Source: Octopus sinensis
Taxonomy: Eukaryota
Assembly (NCBI RefSeq): GCF_006345805.1
Contig: NC_042997.1
Span: forward strand, 27,466,001 to 27,530,000
Length of the DNA: 64,000 nucleotides
Direction of reading: 5' to 3'
Shown piece by piece: positions 25,344 through 39,084 of the stretch; positions within the stretch are counted from its first letter, which is position 1, and each line of letters starts with the position of its first letter. The notes beneath the pieces are model-generated. The model was given only the letters and a program-made list of their open reading frames with translations. It searched no databases and was not told where the DNA came from. A program made the position numbers and the translations under genes.

Positions 25344-28140
25344 TAGTTTTATTTTCTATAGCGTGCTTTCACTTCACTACCGAGCGCAGCTCTGTGTGCC
25401 TTAGGTATGTGCTGTGATTTGTTGTGATGCGTAGGATGTGTTCAGTGCCTAGTAGTGCAATTTTCTGTATGTTATATGTGTTTGTAAGTCCTGGTGTTTT
25501 TGTTATGTATTTGTCTGAATATTTTTTTATCATGCCTAATGCACCTACTATGATATGAATTGTTTCTGTTTTTAGATTCCACATTCTGGTTACCTCTATT
25601 TCCAGGTCTTTGTATTTTGAGAGTTTCTCCATTTCTTTTAGAGAAACTTTGTCATCTGCCGGTATTGATACATCAATTAGAAAGCATTTTTTTCTTCATG
25701 ATCTTTGACAACTATATCTGGTCTGTTGGCCTTAATTTCTCTATCTGTGTGTATCGGCATATCCCAGAGTATGGTTGCTTTCTCGTTTTCTGTGACCTTT
25801 TCTGGTGTGTGCCTATACCATCTTTTTTCTGTTGTTATTCCATAATGTTGGCATAGCTTCCAATGTATGTAAGTTCCAACTCTGTCATGTCTGTGAATAT
25901 ATTCCTTCTTAGCCAGGACTGGGCAGCTAGAGATAATATGATTCATTGTTTCTCGTCCATCTCCACATATTCTGCAGTTACTTGTATATTTCTTTTCATT
26001 ACATGTCTTTTGGTAATTTCTGGTGGAGAGGCTTTGCTCTTGTGCGGTAATTAAAAATCCCTCTGTCTCTGCTTTGAGTCCTGAGCTTCTCAACCATTGC
26101 TGGGATTTTTCTTTGTCTATTTCTTTTGCATTTAGTTTAGTCCAGTATTTGCCATGAAGGGGCTTTTCTTGCCATCGTTTTATCATGGTTCGTTGCTGTT
26201 CTATTTTTATTTTGGATTTCATTTGTTTTATAGCTTTTGTTGTTTCTGCATCATCTTCTTCTTCTTCTTCTTCTTCTTCTTCTTCTTCTTCTTCTTCTTC
26301 TTCTTCTTCTTCTTCTTCTTCTTCTTCTTCTTCTTCTTCTTCTTCTTCTTCTTCTTCTTCATATTTATTAGGTGGTATGATTTCTTGTTTGTATTTGTCA
26401 GCTTCCTTAAATACTGAGAACAGTTTTTTGTTTTGCTCGTGTTTTGCCGCTATTTGAATCAGTTTTACTTCCTTCTGAAGTAGATATTTTTGCAGTCTTA
26501 TGGTGGTTATTTTATAGTAGTTTTCCAGCTGTATAAGGCATCTACCACCTTCTATACGTTGTATATATAGTCCTTCTATGTCAGAGCCTGTCATTATTTT
26601 TCTTGTTTTCCTATCTATCTTGGTCAGTTCATTTAGTGTCCAGTTAAGGATATTGTAGCTGTAACTTATAACTGGGACAGCTAAAGTGTTGATACCTATT
26701 ATCTTGTTTTTAGCATTTAGCTCTGTTTTTAGTATTAATCAAACTCGTCTATAATATTCTTTTTCTATTTTCTCTTTCATTTGTGTGTGTTATGTCTTAT
26801 CTAGTTCATGGATTCCTAAGTATTTGTAAGTTTGGCTTTGGTCTAATTCTTTTATTTCATTGGTTTTATCTAGTGTGATGTTGCTACTCTTAACTAGTTT
26901 TCCTCTATTCATGGTTACTTTGGCGCATTTTTCTAATCCAAATTTCATAACTATCTCTTTGGTAAATCCATGAACTGTCTTTAATAGTGTTTCCAGCTGT
27001 TTGTCATTTGCAGCGTATAGTTTTAGGTCATCCATATATAAAAGGTGGCTGATCGTTTTGCCGTAACATTTATATCGCATCCAGTTCTATTTAGTATATC
27101 AGATAGAAGTGACAGTTCCAAGCAGAAAAGGAGTGGAGAGAGCGTGTCTCTCTGGAATATTCCTCTTCTAATGGGGATGTCTTTGGTTTTCATGAGTCCC
27201 TCTTTTGTTTGGAGGTGTAGCACTGTTTGCCATTTATTCATAGAGTGCCCTATGAATTTTATAATTGTTGGTGCTACTTTGTTAATGGCTGGTGTTTCGA
27301 GGATCCATGTGTGGGGGATGCTATCAAACGCCTTTTGCAGTCGATCCAGGCCATACTGAGGCCTTTCTTCTTTCTGTGGCTGTCTTCATGTCTTCAGTTA
27401 CGGCTTTATTAATCATTAGTTGATCTTTACAACCATATGAGCCTTTGCGGCATCCTTTCTGCTCTTCTGGAAACAGGTTGTTTTCGTCCAGGTGCTTGTT
27501 CAACCTTTGCGATATCACTGCAGTAAATGCCTTGTACATTGTAGGGAGACAGGTTATTGGTCTGTAGTTTTCTGGTTTTGCTGTCTCATTTGATTTGGGA
27601 ATTAAGATGGTTTTCCCCTTCGTGAGACATTCAGGCATTGTCTCTGGCTCTGCTAGTATGTTGTTAATGTTTTCAGCCAGCTTTTTGTGCATTCCTGTTA
27701 GATATTTCAACCAGAAGCTGGGGATCTTGTCATGCCCAGGTGCCTAGTCTTTGCAGTGCCTGGGTGACCTCTTCAGTTGTTATGGGGGTCCAAAAATTGC
27801 TCAGATACTGAGTTTGTTGTTTTATTACTCCTTTTTGTTTTTGATTGTTAGTTCGCCGACCATATTCCTTTCCAGAATTCTTCCACTTCTTCTGCCGTTG
27901 GTGCTGCAGTGATTTCTATTTTATTTTTGCCAAGTTCTTGGTAGAACTTTTTGGGGTTGGAGTTGAAATGTTTGTTTTGTTCAAAGAAGCGCTGGCGTTT
28001 CTCGTACCGGCGGATCCTTTGTGCTTTGGCAAGGATATCTTGCTTCAGATTTTCTTTTATCTCAGGTAAATCTTTTTCTGTGATGGTATATTTCGGAGTA
28101 TTTTTGTTTTCTTTTTGTTGCTCAGTAGCGTTGATTGTCT
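25340..28140 (-). mobile_element. R4/Dong-type element, family B
   Basis: RT and RLE ORF pieces (25369-25632, 25677-26594, 26790-27080, 27324-27710); (GAA)n expansion giving poly-E; flanked by (TAA/ATT)n. Confidence 0.9.
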
Positions 28141-28165
28141 AATTTAATAATTGTTATTGTCTAAT

Positions 28166-28218
<53 letters not shown>

Positions 28219-28679
28219 TATTATTATTATTATTATTATTGTTATTACTATTATTATTATTATTATTATTATTATTTTATTATTATTATTATTATTATAT
28301 TATTATTATTATTATTATTATTATTCCTTTGTAGCACACTGTAGGTAAAAATGCACCGAGTCTTTACTTTTCTGTAAAGTCATAACTACCTCACACAGAT
28401 AATATTTGCCTTAACTCATGCGCTGTGCCCAATAAGACTGCTTTTTGCAAGGCATCATTCTTACATGGGATTTCCAGTTGCCTTAAAAAAGTTTTATAGC
28501 TTCAATGGGATTGAGCTCAACGCTCCGATAACCACTGGTATCAATTTTACATTACCCTCTCGCATTCCATACAGTCGTGCCATTTCCTCTTTCATGTCAT
28601 TTGGTATGTTCACATCAATGATCTGACAGCATTTGCCTCCCTTATTTAAATTGACATTATTATTATTATTATTATTCTA

Positions 28680-28831
28680 TGTTTGACTTTTGCTTTATGT
28701 CTGTACAAGTTGGCTCCAAGATTCACCCAGAGACATCAAGAGACAACAGGTTGGAAGTTCACGTTGTTGTTATGCCTAGTCTGCCATATATTTTTTTTGT
28801 TTTTTTTTGTGTTGTACTAGTGAATGTCTAA

Positions 28832-28862
<31 letters not shown>

Positions 28863-29000
28863 AAGTTTGTTTTAAACCTTGGGATTACATAGAGAGTATT
28901 TTGCGTAGGATATGAGCAGTTCCCATGAGCACTATCTTTTGAATTTCTGCCATTTTGGGGTTTCCTGGTATCTGAGTTAGGTAGCAATCATTCCCAGGGC
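28680..29000 (-). mobile_element. Dong family A 3' fragment
   Basis: PGNPKMAEIQKIVLMGTAHILRKILSM plus family A 3' UTR. Confidence 0.8.
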
Positions 29001-29001
29001 A

Positions 29002-29035
<34 letters not shown>

Positions 29036-29061
29036 TTATTATTATTATTATTATTATTATT

Positions 29062-29615
29062 GAGTGAGAGAGCAGTGCAAGCCATCAAAGTGACACTGAT
29101 TTAAAATATACGAAGCCCAGTACAACAATCATGACTACCCGTCTGATAAGGGTACACCAGGCACATGCATCACAACCATATGTGCGTGACATGGTGATCT
29201 CATATCAAGATAAACAACACATGACATTGCAGGTGGGGCCCAGTCAGAATTTTCTTCTGGTCGAGTAGCCCATCCCGCTCAAAAGGTCCCTGAATAAGGG
29301 TTGTTTAAGGATATTGAACGAAACACCCATGTTTCCAGAGGTGAATTATTCAAACCCCAAAGAATCCCTCTCAACACATGACTATGCTGCTCCCCCACTA
29401 CTTCTGCTCGTGATCAGAGCTGCACATATCGTCAGCCGCTAAGGGACATGCCCAACCGGTTAAGGTCAAACAACTGACAAGCAAATCTGTGGTATTGAGC
29501 AGAATATTTGCTGTAGCCCATCTTTTATACCAAGACAAAACAATGTACATGATAACACTTCCAATCAGTAAAGATCAGAAGCCACGAGGGCCACTGCCTG
29601 GTACTGCATCATGGC
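29062..29615. mobile_element. ~555-bp non-coding interspersed element embedded in (ATT)n
   Basis: Begins GAGTGAGAGAGCAGTGCA..CCATCAAAGTGACACTG; copies at 45676-46230 and 62141-62690, each flanked by (ATT)n. Confidence 0.8.
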
Positions 29616-29616
29616 A

Positions 29617-29662
<46 letters not shown>

Positions 29663-29806
29663 TATTATGATTGTCATTGTTATGATATTGTTATATTTTT
29701 GCTTTTGTTGTTGTTTCTGCTGTTATTTTTATCGTTGTCATGTGCGTTTGAGCCCTAGGGCTATAATCACGTTGGCGCACTAATATATTATTGATTTTGA
29801 ATAGAT

Positions 29807-30222
29807 TACTCTTTTACTCTTTTACTTGTTTCAGTCATTTAACTGCGACCATGCTGGGGCACCGCCTTTAGTCGAGTAAATCGACTCCGGGACTTATTCT
29901 TTGTAAGCCCAGTACTTATTCTATCGGTTTCTTTTGCCGAACCGCTATGTCACGGGGACGTAAACACACCAGCAATGCTAGGGGGACAGGCAATGCTAGG
30001 GGGACAAACACAGACACAAACACATACACACACATACATATATACATATGCATATATACGACAGGCTTCTTTCAGTTTCCGTTTACCAAATCCACTCACA
30101 AGGCATTGGTCGGCCCGGAGCTATAGCAGAAGACACTTGCCCAAGATGCCACGCAGTGGGACTGAACCCGGAACCATGTTGTTGGTTAGCAAGCTACTTA
30201 CCACAGAGCCACTCCTGCGCCT
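29807..30222 (-). mobile_element. tRNA-derived SINE family 1
   Basis: Head GGCGCAGGAGTGGC..TGTGG / GGTTCAGTCCC (A/B-box-like), tail (TAAAAGAG)n; absent from mirrored site near 13770. Confidence 0.85.
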
Positions 30223-30834
30223 ATTGCATAGATTTACCGAATGACCGTATCTCAGTATTTCGCCAAATGCAATTGCAATCTCATTTAACCTTCACCTTGC
30301 GTTGCAGAGTATACAGGAGAAAAACACAAACAGTTTCGACTGCATATTTGCATTTTATGAACAATATCTCCTAGACATTCTTCATTGATCCCTAGAGTGA
30401 GTTAAAGTGTGTATGCTTATAAATCTAAGATATAAGATACATAAGAAACAAAGAACAATTCTGCGTTTATAATATAAAATTTATTCAATCTTATGGATCC
30501 AATTACAATTCAACACATTTTTATATGTCTCTTCTTCATTTACTGTATTACAAAATATTATATAAGAAGGAAAAAATAAATTCGAAGTTTCTTATACATA
30601 CACGAAATTATACACTTCGAAAAATTATATGAACGCATTATAATAGACCTTTAATACATTCTATAAATAAGAATTTTATAAAATTCTTAAAACAATAATA
30701 AGCCCTTCCCGGAAGAGGTAATGTATGCACGTACGCATGTAAGCATGTATATATGTGTGTATGCATGTGTGTAATTATATATCTCTAAGTATATATATAT
30801 ATATGTATATGTGTATATGTATATATATATATAT

Positions 30835-31160
30835 GTGAAGGCGCATGGCTCAGTGGTTAGAGCGTCGAGGTTGTGAGCTCGAATCCCGGACCGGGCTGCG
30901 TGTTGTGTTCTTGAGCCAAGCACTTTATTTCACGTTGCTCCAGTTCACTCAGCTGTAGAAATGAGTTGCGACGTCACTGGTGCCAAGCTGTATCGACCTT
31001 TGCCTTTCCCTTGGATAACACTGGTGGCGTGGAGAGGGGAGGCTGGTATGCATGGGCGACTGCTGGTCTTCCATAAAAAAAAAACCTTGCCCGGACTTGT
31101 GTCTAGGAGGGTAACTTTCTAGGTGCAATCCCATGGTCATTCATGACCGAAGGGGTCTTA
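30835..31160 (+). mobile_element. tRNA-derived SINE, right arm only
   Basis: GGCGCATGGCTCAGTGGTTAGAGCG...CTCGAATCCCG head followed by CTTGAGC.AAGCACTTTATTTCAC core. Confidence 0.7.
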
Positions 31161-31572
31161 TTATATATATACGCATTTACACACATATGGATATATATGA
31201 GTGTAAGCATAGGTATTTATGTATGTAGGTATGTATGTGTGAATGTACGCATGCATGTATGCGTGTGTATATATCTGTTACACTCGGGCTCTATGTGCTT
31301 ACGTGAATATATACATTCACGATATAACTCACGATACCCGAATACATTTTAAGTGGACAAAATATTTTATTTCATTTGGCTAATAAATTTTACAAATATA
31401 TTATTATGATCATATTATTACTATATTTATAAAATATGGAATTATATAAAACATGTGTTTTATGCAACATATGTTGCAAGTTATGGTAACCACTTGGTGG
31501 TCGACTTAATCTTTCATAAAATATTGAATAACGTCTGGATTACATATTTATACATCGTTATTCTATCCGTTC

Positions 31573-32100
31573 TTACGACTCGTATTCATCGTTGCTTCCA
31601 CCTTTTCGTGAGTCGGCTTTTCGTGCACATGCACAAGCTGTGGCTACTTCAATCACTTTTGGTTTATACACGTACAGTCCATCAACACATTCATCGGTAC
31701 GTTTAAGGACAGTCATTGGAGTATATACCATCACACATTCGTGGTTGTTGTCTGAATCGAAGCAGCCGTTACAGCGACACACTGCTTCGGTGCGGGATGG
31801 AGGGAAAACTGTTGAATCATGGGTAATATTCAGGTACCAAGGGCAGGTTGAACGTTCACGGATGATATCGCTGGATGAAGGAGACGTTGGGCAAGTTTTA
31901 TCCCCGTCTGTCTGGGAGTTCTGCTTACTTCCGACCGGAGCTCTTTCAACTGGTAGTAAAAAGTTATTGCCAATAGCTGCACGGGACAATGTCTGGTACT
32001 GAACCTTCAGATTGGCTGGTATTTTACACTGGTCTGGAATTGATGCCGATGATACAAGAAAGGCGATGTTGAATAGAAATATGACGATGCTGGAGAGAAC
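31573..32100 (-). CDS. IL17: IL-17-like cytokine copy B, exon 2
   Basis: Same acceptor and frame as copy A; 6 nt differences in 528 nt by manual comparison, one amino acid change (A to V in APAGS/APVGS). Confidence 0.92.
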   Translation of the reverse strand, partial: VLSSIVIFLFNIAFLVSSASIPDQCKIPANLKVQYQTLSRAAIGNNFLLPVERAPVGSKQNSQTDGDKTCPTSPSSSDIIRERSTCPWYLNITHDSTVFPPSRTEAVCRCNGCFDSDNNHECVMVYTPMTVLKRTDECVDGLYVYKPKVIEVATACACARKADSRKGGSNDEYES

Positions 32101-32632
32101 CTGTCAGAGAAAAATATATCTTTGTCAAGGTTACTTTCGATTTGAGACATTTATCAGCTTAATCAAAGAATTCATTTACTTTCGACGCATATATACATTT
32201 ATAACGAAACACTTTACGAAGGTCTAATACAGAAAGTTGAATGAGTGACAAATACGAAAGTGATACGCGGTAATAGAACATCAACAAAATATAATAAAGC
32301 TAAAACCTAAAAACGTCTGTTTGTAGTATATATCGACTGTTTAGTTTTTTTTGTTTTTTGTTTTTAGCAGCGGTCGGTATAAAAAGTATCAGTCAATAAA
32401 AAAAAGAAAGAAAAAGGAAGTATACGTATATACTTATGTATGTACATGTATAGAGAGAAAGAGCAAAAGTGGGGCACGAATGGCGAGAATAAGCACATAC
32501 GTGCGAGCTTATAAATAAACAACTGGAGCGTGTCAAAAAGCGTCACTCGATATGAGGAGGTTACATTTTCTTAAAGGTAGGAGATTACATAGTTTTATAA
32601 TATTTCTTAAGATTCCGTACTTTGTTAGTTAC

Positions 32633-32686
32633 CTGATAAATTATTTTCTGATTATAAAATTGATCGCCAACCGTATATAAAATCAT
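32633..32686 (-). CDS. IL17: IL-17-like copy B, candidate first coding exon (MILYTVGDQFYNQKIIYQ)
   Basis: ATG at 32686, 18 open codons, CAG|gtaact donor in phase 0 matching exon 2; TATA-like ATATAAAG ~160 nt upstream. Confidence 0.6.
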
Positions 32687-33329
32687 TTGTAATGTTCCGG
32701 GGCGCTCGGCTGCTAAGCAAGTTATTCTACAAACGTTTGGCGTGGCTCTCACAGTTGTGAAAGTCCATCGATGTTCTATGATATCAGCTTCGCAAATCCT
32801 TCATAAAATTTTGCAAGATCACATGTTTATGAAGTATTGTTAACTTTATATTTTACTTTACTTCAAGGCTGTAATACTTTTTCATTTCTTGCTGATAAGT
32901 AGCATATTCACTATATTTTTCACAAAGAATTCATAGTCTCATTTATTAAGTTTGCAATTTTCCTAAAAAGCCGGTCACATTATATAAGTTGAAATGCAGT
33001 GGAAGAAATATACTCTGATAGAAACAGCATGCATTAACAAAACGTTTGTCTGAACGTCTTTGGAAGGACACTGATGAGAGTTTCTAATAGTCACACAATT
33101 CATATTCATAATTAGGGTGTTTGTAAAGCATTGATGAATAAGCAATGGAACTGAATATTAATCACAGTCAATTATAGACTCGCATTTCTATTGTGTATTA
33201 TTTACAAGAAGCTGAATACTGAATAAATATTTTAAATTAAATATATGCGTCCGATAGTGTGAGTGGTGTGTGCGCGTTGACCATTTTTATACCTTGTCAT
33301 ACATACACACACACACACCTGCACATATG

Positions 33330-33920
33330 CATGTGTGTCATTATTCAGTTCATTTCAAGATTTCTTGCCCATAGAAAAAGAACCGATTTCTAACCTAGAT
33401 CCAAGATTCCTTCACTGGAATTTCAGCATCAGCAACAGGGTATTTTTGTTTGTATGTATGTTTGAATGTATGTATGTATGTATGTATTTATGTATCTATG
33501 TACGCATACATGTAAGTATGAGCAGATTTATTTATATTATGTATGTATTCTCGTGCACAGAGTTGCATATCTAGACATGCTCATATATATTCAAATGATA
33601 ACTTCTGGTAAGTTTTTCAGATTTTTAGTCCTAGTGACAGATTGGATCGGTAGTCTTCAAATTTGAATTCTCCTTTCTGGATTTGAGAAGCCTAATTTCT
33701 CCAGATTGGTATTTAATCAGTGTGTTACATATCCCAGGGCCCCAATAATTACAGTTATAAACCTGAACTTCTAATCTAGATACAGTAACTGTAGATTTCT
33801 CAATAGTTCAGCACAGGCGATCTCTTTTTCACAGATCTTCAGCTTTATGTTAACATCCGTTGGGCAGCTAATTCCCACAACTGTACACAGTTTCTCTTCT
33901 CTATCCCAAATCATTATATC
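33330..33920 (-). mobile_element. RLE-type non-LTR 3' fragment (same family as 23150-23700)
   Basis: Direct similarity to 23200-23690. Confidence 0.6.
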
Positions 33921-34583
33921 AGATATGTATGCATAAATTCACTACAACACGATCTCGTTTCCTCGACAGGTCTTGCTCTGTTTAACATTATCCCAAAACA
34001 AATGAAAGAGAAATATATCACCTTCAAATGTAAGCTGGACAATTTCTTCAAGGGGTACCAGATAAGCTGCATCATTCTGGATACATATCAGCCAAAGACT
34101 TAATTTTAAAGTGACGTGATACCCCAAATTGTTGCTTAAAAATAACTTAAGCGATTCTATCATGTTGTGCCAATAGGTTAGACATGTACTGGTCCAATGT
34201 TTGACCCAGTCATATCTAAGTTATCTCCGTTACCTTATATGTATATACACGCACACATATTATATCAATATACTTTCATCTATGTGCATGTGAGTGTATG
34301 TGTATTTCGTTAGAATACAGAACTCAAACCAACTAAATGTATTTCGGCCAGTCAATGGGAATACGGTTTGAAAACATCAACGATGCTTTTTGTGCTGCAT
34401 TTCGGTATAAGTATTTAAAACGTTACAAATATTACTATACAATATCGTTGGAAGATGGTTACACATTTATACTCAACTTCGATTCTAGATAAATCACAAG
34501 TGAGATAAAAAAAAAAGAAGCTTTGATTGCAAAATTCCCATTAGCATCGAACACAAACTGCCGAGTATGTAAATTTACAGCAG

Positions 34584-34635
<52 letters not shown>

Positions 34636-36608
34636 TAGATAGATACATACATACATGCATATATACATATATACACATACATGCATATATATATAAATAC
34701 ACTAACATATATATATATATATATATATACTAATATATAAGATTAAAATATAAATATAGGAGATAGTATCGTTAAAGAATATTTACTTACTGTAGATGTC
34801 TTCATTGTGATACTGGACTTTTTGGCACAAAATGTAGAGTCGGTAGCTGTATACTATTATTATTTTCAACTTAGGCCGAATTGTTCTCTTCTCGATGTGA
34901 TTGGCGTTCTTAATGATATTAACCTGTCCCGTGTTTGCTTATATATAATATGAATACAAAACGGAATTAAATTGTCTAAAGCTTGTTATTGTTTTTCAAA
35001 GAAAATAGTAGGAACTCTATTTTCGGAAAATAAGATTTTCGGAAATGCATCTATCCGTCGAAGTTGCAAATCCGGCGATAATCTATCACATATTGGAAAT
35101 AAGAACTTCTTGTGACCGACATATTTCTTGTAAAGTGTGTTAAGAGGAACAGGACATTATAATGCTAACCTGTTGACCCATATATTGCACGGGGGCGTTA
35201 CCTGTGGTCAGGATTGATCCACAGGTACCGGAAACTAAAACAGTTTACACTTCTAAATTTTAATTTAATACCATTGTGCTTGTGTATGATTAGACAAACT
35301 TTTTTTCTTCATTTTCGCATTTCAAATATAATATTTGTGTAATGCGCATTCATATGAGAAGCGTTGCATAAAGAGTATATAATCCTCAAATTCACAAACT
35401 TTTTTCAAAATAACAGGTGGTAAATGATATAAAGAATAATTTATATTTGTGTTTAGCTTTTGATATAAAATTAATACAAAGCGGAATTACATTGTCTAAA
35501 GCCTGTTATTGTTTTTCCAAGTAAATAGTAGGAACTCAAAGATATACGGAAATGCATCTATCCGTCGAAGTTGCAAATCCGGCGATAATCTATCACATAT
35601 TGGAAATAAGAACTTCTTGTGACCGACATATTTCTTGTAAAGTGTGTTAAGAGGAACAGGACATTAAAATGGTAGCCTGTTAACCCACATAGCACAGGAG
35701 CGGTATCTATGATCATGATCGATGAACAGGTACCGGAAATTTACAAAAAACATTACACTTCTAAATTTTATTTTAATACTACTCTGCTTGTGTATGACAA
35801 AACAATTTTTTTTTTGTTTCTCATTTCGAATATTATATTTGAATGTTTGTATGAGAAGCGTTGCATAAAGACTATAAAATCTTCAAATTCACAAGCATTT
35901 TCAAAATATCCAGTGATAAATGATATAAAAGATATGCTATATTTGTTTTTAGCTATTGATATATCTGACTGCTTAAATTGGGTCCAGTGTTATGTGGTAT
36001 TTGATAATTTTTGTTCTCTTTTGTATGATTCTCCTTCTTGTGCTAATGTTATTGTTCATGACTTTGGCCATTGTAGATATTCCAGGTGAAATTAAGATGA
36101 CGGTACAAAACCGGCAGGTTGGATATTTTTGACAATTATGCTGAATCCGAAGAAAATTTCTTTAAAAACAAGTGTGTCTGAGGTATGCTCAGCCATTTAT
36201 ATGCTAATATAAAAACATGTAGTTCAATTCATCGCTCATCAGTGAATCGACGAAGGTGCTTTTACTTAGGTAAAACAAAATATAAGTTTAAAAATTTGCT
36301 GATAAGATGATATTCGTTTCACTTTAGCTTTTTCAATTATTTCAGGAGAAATAAAGTGGTATATATTATCAAATGGAATGAATTAAATATTCTATCATTC
36401 ATTGATTGTTATCTACCAAATGTACATCATCAAATGATATATGCGCGAATAATGTTGGTGGACAATATTCATTCTCACAACATTATTGAGGACATCCAAC
36501 TGGATATGAGAAACGATACCTATCTGCAAACTGCAATATTACAAATAAAAAAAAAATATATATATATATATGAGTGTGTGCGCGTGTGTGTATATATATA
36601 CATACACA

Positions 36609-36679
<71 letters not shown>

Positions 36680-36818
36680 ATGTATGTATGCATGAATGTA
36701 TGTATGTATGTATGTATGTATGTTTGTGCAGATTTGTATGTTTTATGTATGTATATATGTATGCATGTATTCTCTTATGCGAATATATACTCACACATAC
36801 ACACACACTCATATATAT

Positions 36819-36900
<82 letters not shown>

Positions 36901-36951
36901 TTTATATATATATGTATATGTATGTATATATGCATGTATATATTTATGTGT

Positions 36952-36996
<45 letters not shown>

Positions 36997-37030
36997 TATG
37001 TGTGTGTGTGTGTATGTATACATACATACA

Positions 37031-37061
<31 letters not shown>

Positions 37062-37953
37062 GAATGAAGAAAAGAAGAAAATGGAAAAATTGACGTATAA
37101 ATATCAGTTTAGTCAAAGGTATTCAATTCAATTTAATATGAATTTTCTATCCCTACAGCCGTTTCCTTATCGAATTATTTAAATTACAGAAATTAAATTT
37201 AGTTTAATGTAATTAATTTGAATGTATCGTATTGATATTTCATCAATTGGGTATTTCATCAAGGGAGGATAGCTGCTTTCTCGTAATCGAGGAATGCCGT
37301 TGCTAGAAAGAATCACTGAAATGCGTCTTTGAAGATTCAATGTGAAGCCCTTGCATGATTGGACAAAGTTCTGCACGTTCTATTGCATAATGCACAGCTG
37401 AGTTAGCTGCTATAAGGAACAGATTCCACAGTATGAATTCTTTCGTGATGATTCTTTAATAGGCCGACTGAAAGCACCCTTTTGCACGTACCGCTGACAG
37501 CTGGCCAGACCTGTACGACTCGGGCATTTACTCCCACAAAACACACATAAAATGCAACTCTCTCATATTCCATAGGTTCATTCTTTCTAAGGCTTCTGCT
37601 AATCTTCTCGTGCTTCATTTTCTCTCAAACTTCGAACAATCATTATACAATCTTTTCCTCCACCAATTTACATATGCAAGCATATTCATGCTAAGTTTGG
37701 TACAGATGTATTCAGCAGTTTGGCCCTGGAGAATAGGCTGTATGGCTAGAGGGAAATCGTAGATTCGATTTTGAATCTAAGGCAGGACTAATATCCAAGT
37801 CGAAATAGTCACATCGGATTCAAATATGAAATATCGAGTGAACTGTAACTAATTTTATTAGATCCATTCCACGAACAATTATTTGAATAACTCGTGTCGA
37901 TATCTCTAACTTATGTCACGGGAATATTGAACTTTAAAATTTATGAAATTTAT

Positions 37954-38357
37954 CAGGAGTGGCTGTGTGATAAGTAGCTTGCATACCAACCAAATAGTTC
38001 CGGATTCAGTTTCACTGCGTGGCACCTTGGGCAAGTGTCTTCTGCTATAGCCCCTGGCCGACCAATGCCTTGTGAGTAGATTTGGTAGACGGAAACTGAA
38101 AAGAAGCCCGTCATATATATGTATATGTATATGTATATGTTTCTGTGTCTGTATTTGTCCCCCTAGCATTGCTTGACAACCGATGCTGGTTTGTTTAGGT
38201 CCCCGTAATTTAGCGGTTCGGCAAAAGAGACCGATATATTAAGTACTAAGCTTACAAAGAATAATTCCTGGGGTCGATTTGGTCGACTAAAGGCGGTGCT
38301 CCAGCATGGCTGCTGTCAAATGATTGAAACAAGTAAATAAGTAAAAGAGTAAAAGAG
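37954..38357 (+). mobile_element. SINE family 1
   Basis: Head, body and tail motifs as at 29807-30222. Confidence 0.85.
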
Positions 38358-38585
38358 ATATCCTAGAGTGTATCAGCGTGTGACCGAATGAAGACATTTC
38401 GTTATTTGGAAACATTACTGTTTCTTTTTCTTTAAACCTCTTGTTTCATTTTCACGTTTAAAAAGCGTTTCAGAATTGTTTATCTTTAAAGCGAAAAAAC
38501 CCAAATCCGACATTATTTCATCAGCCAAATTTGGAACAGATTGAACCAAGCGGTTTGGCCGTGCATACAGGAAGCACACACGCAT

Positions 38586-38618
<33 letters not shown>

Positions 38619-38730
38619 TACAAACACACACTCACGCACACACACAAACACGCACACACACACACAAACACACACAGTGTATATATTATATATATATATA
38701 TATTATATTATATTATATTATACACATATA

Positions 38731-38795
<65 letters not shown>

Positions 38796-39084
38796 AGAGT
38801 TTACGAGAATAACAAAAAAAAAAAAAAACGAAGACAGGTATATGTATATTTGTGTCTGAGGAGAGTCATAGTGCCTCATTATAACACACACACACCGGTT
38901 CAATTTCCACTTATTTATTTATTTATTTCCGAGAGGTTTGTCGTCACTACGTTTCTGTTATATTAAGGCAATAAGACTCTCCCCAGACGCAACATGATTT
39001 GTTTCAACACACGAATTTACATAAGTAATCATGCAAGCCAGATACCAAACGTTGTATACACACACACACACGCACACACACATT

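Larger units (their letters stand above)
22021..36560 (-). repeat. Right arm of giant palindrome P2
   Basis: As above; homology ends at the microsatellite near 36560. Confidence 0.9.

Noticed and set aside
25677-26594. 305-aa ORF with long poly-E as a host gene
   Set aside because: Part of the Dong family B ORF with an internal (GAA)n expansion
100-36560. Palindromes as simple fold-back sequencing chimeras
   Set aside because: Arms differ by many substitutions and carry arm-specific transposon insertions and deletions; a haplotype mis-join still needs read-level exclusion
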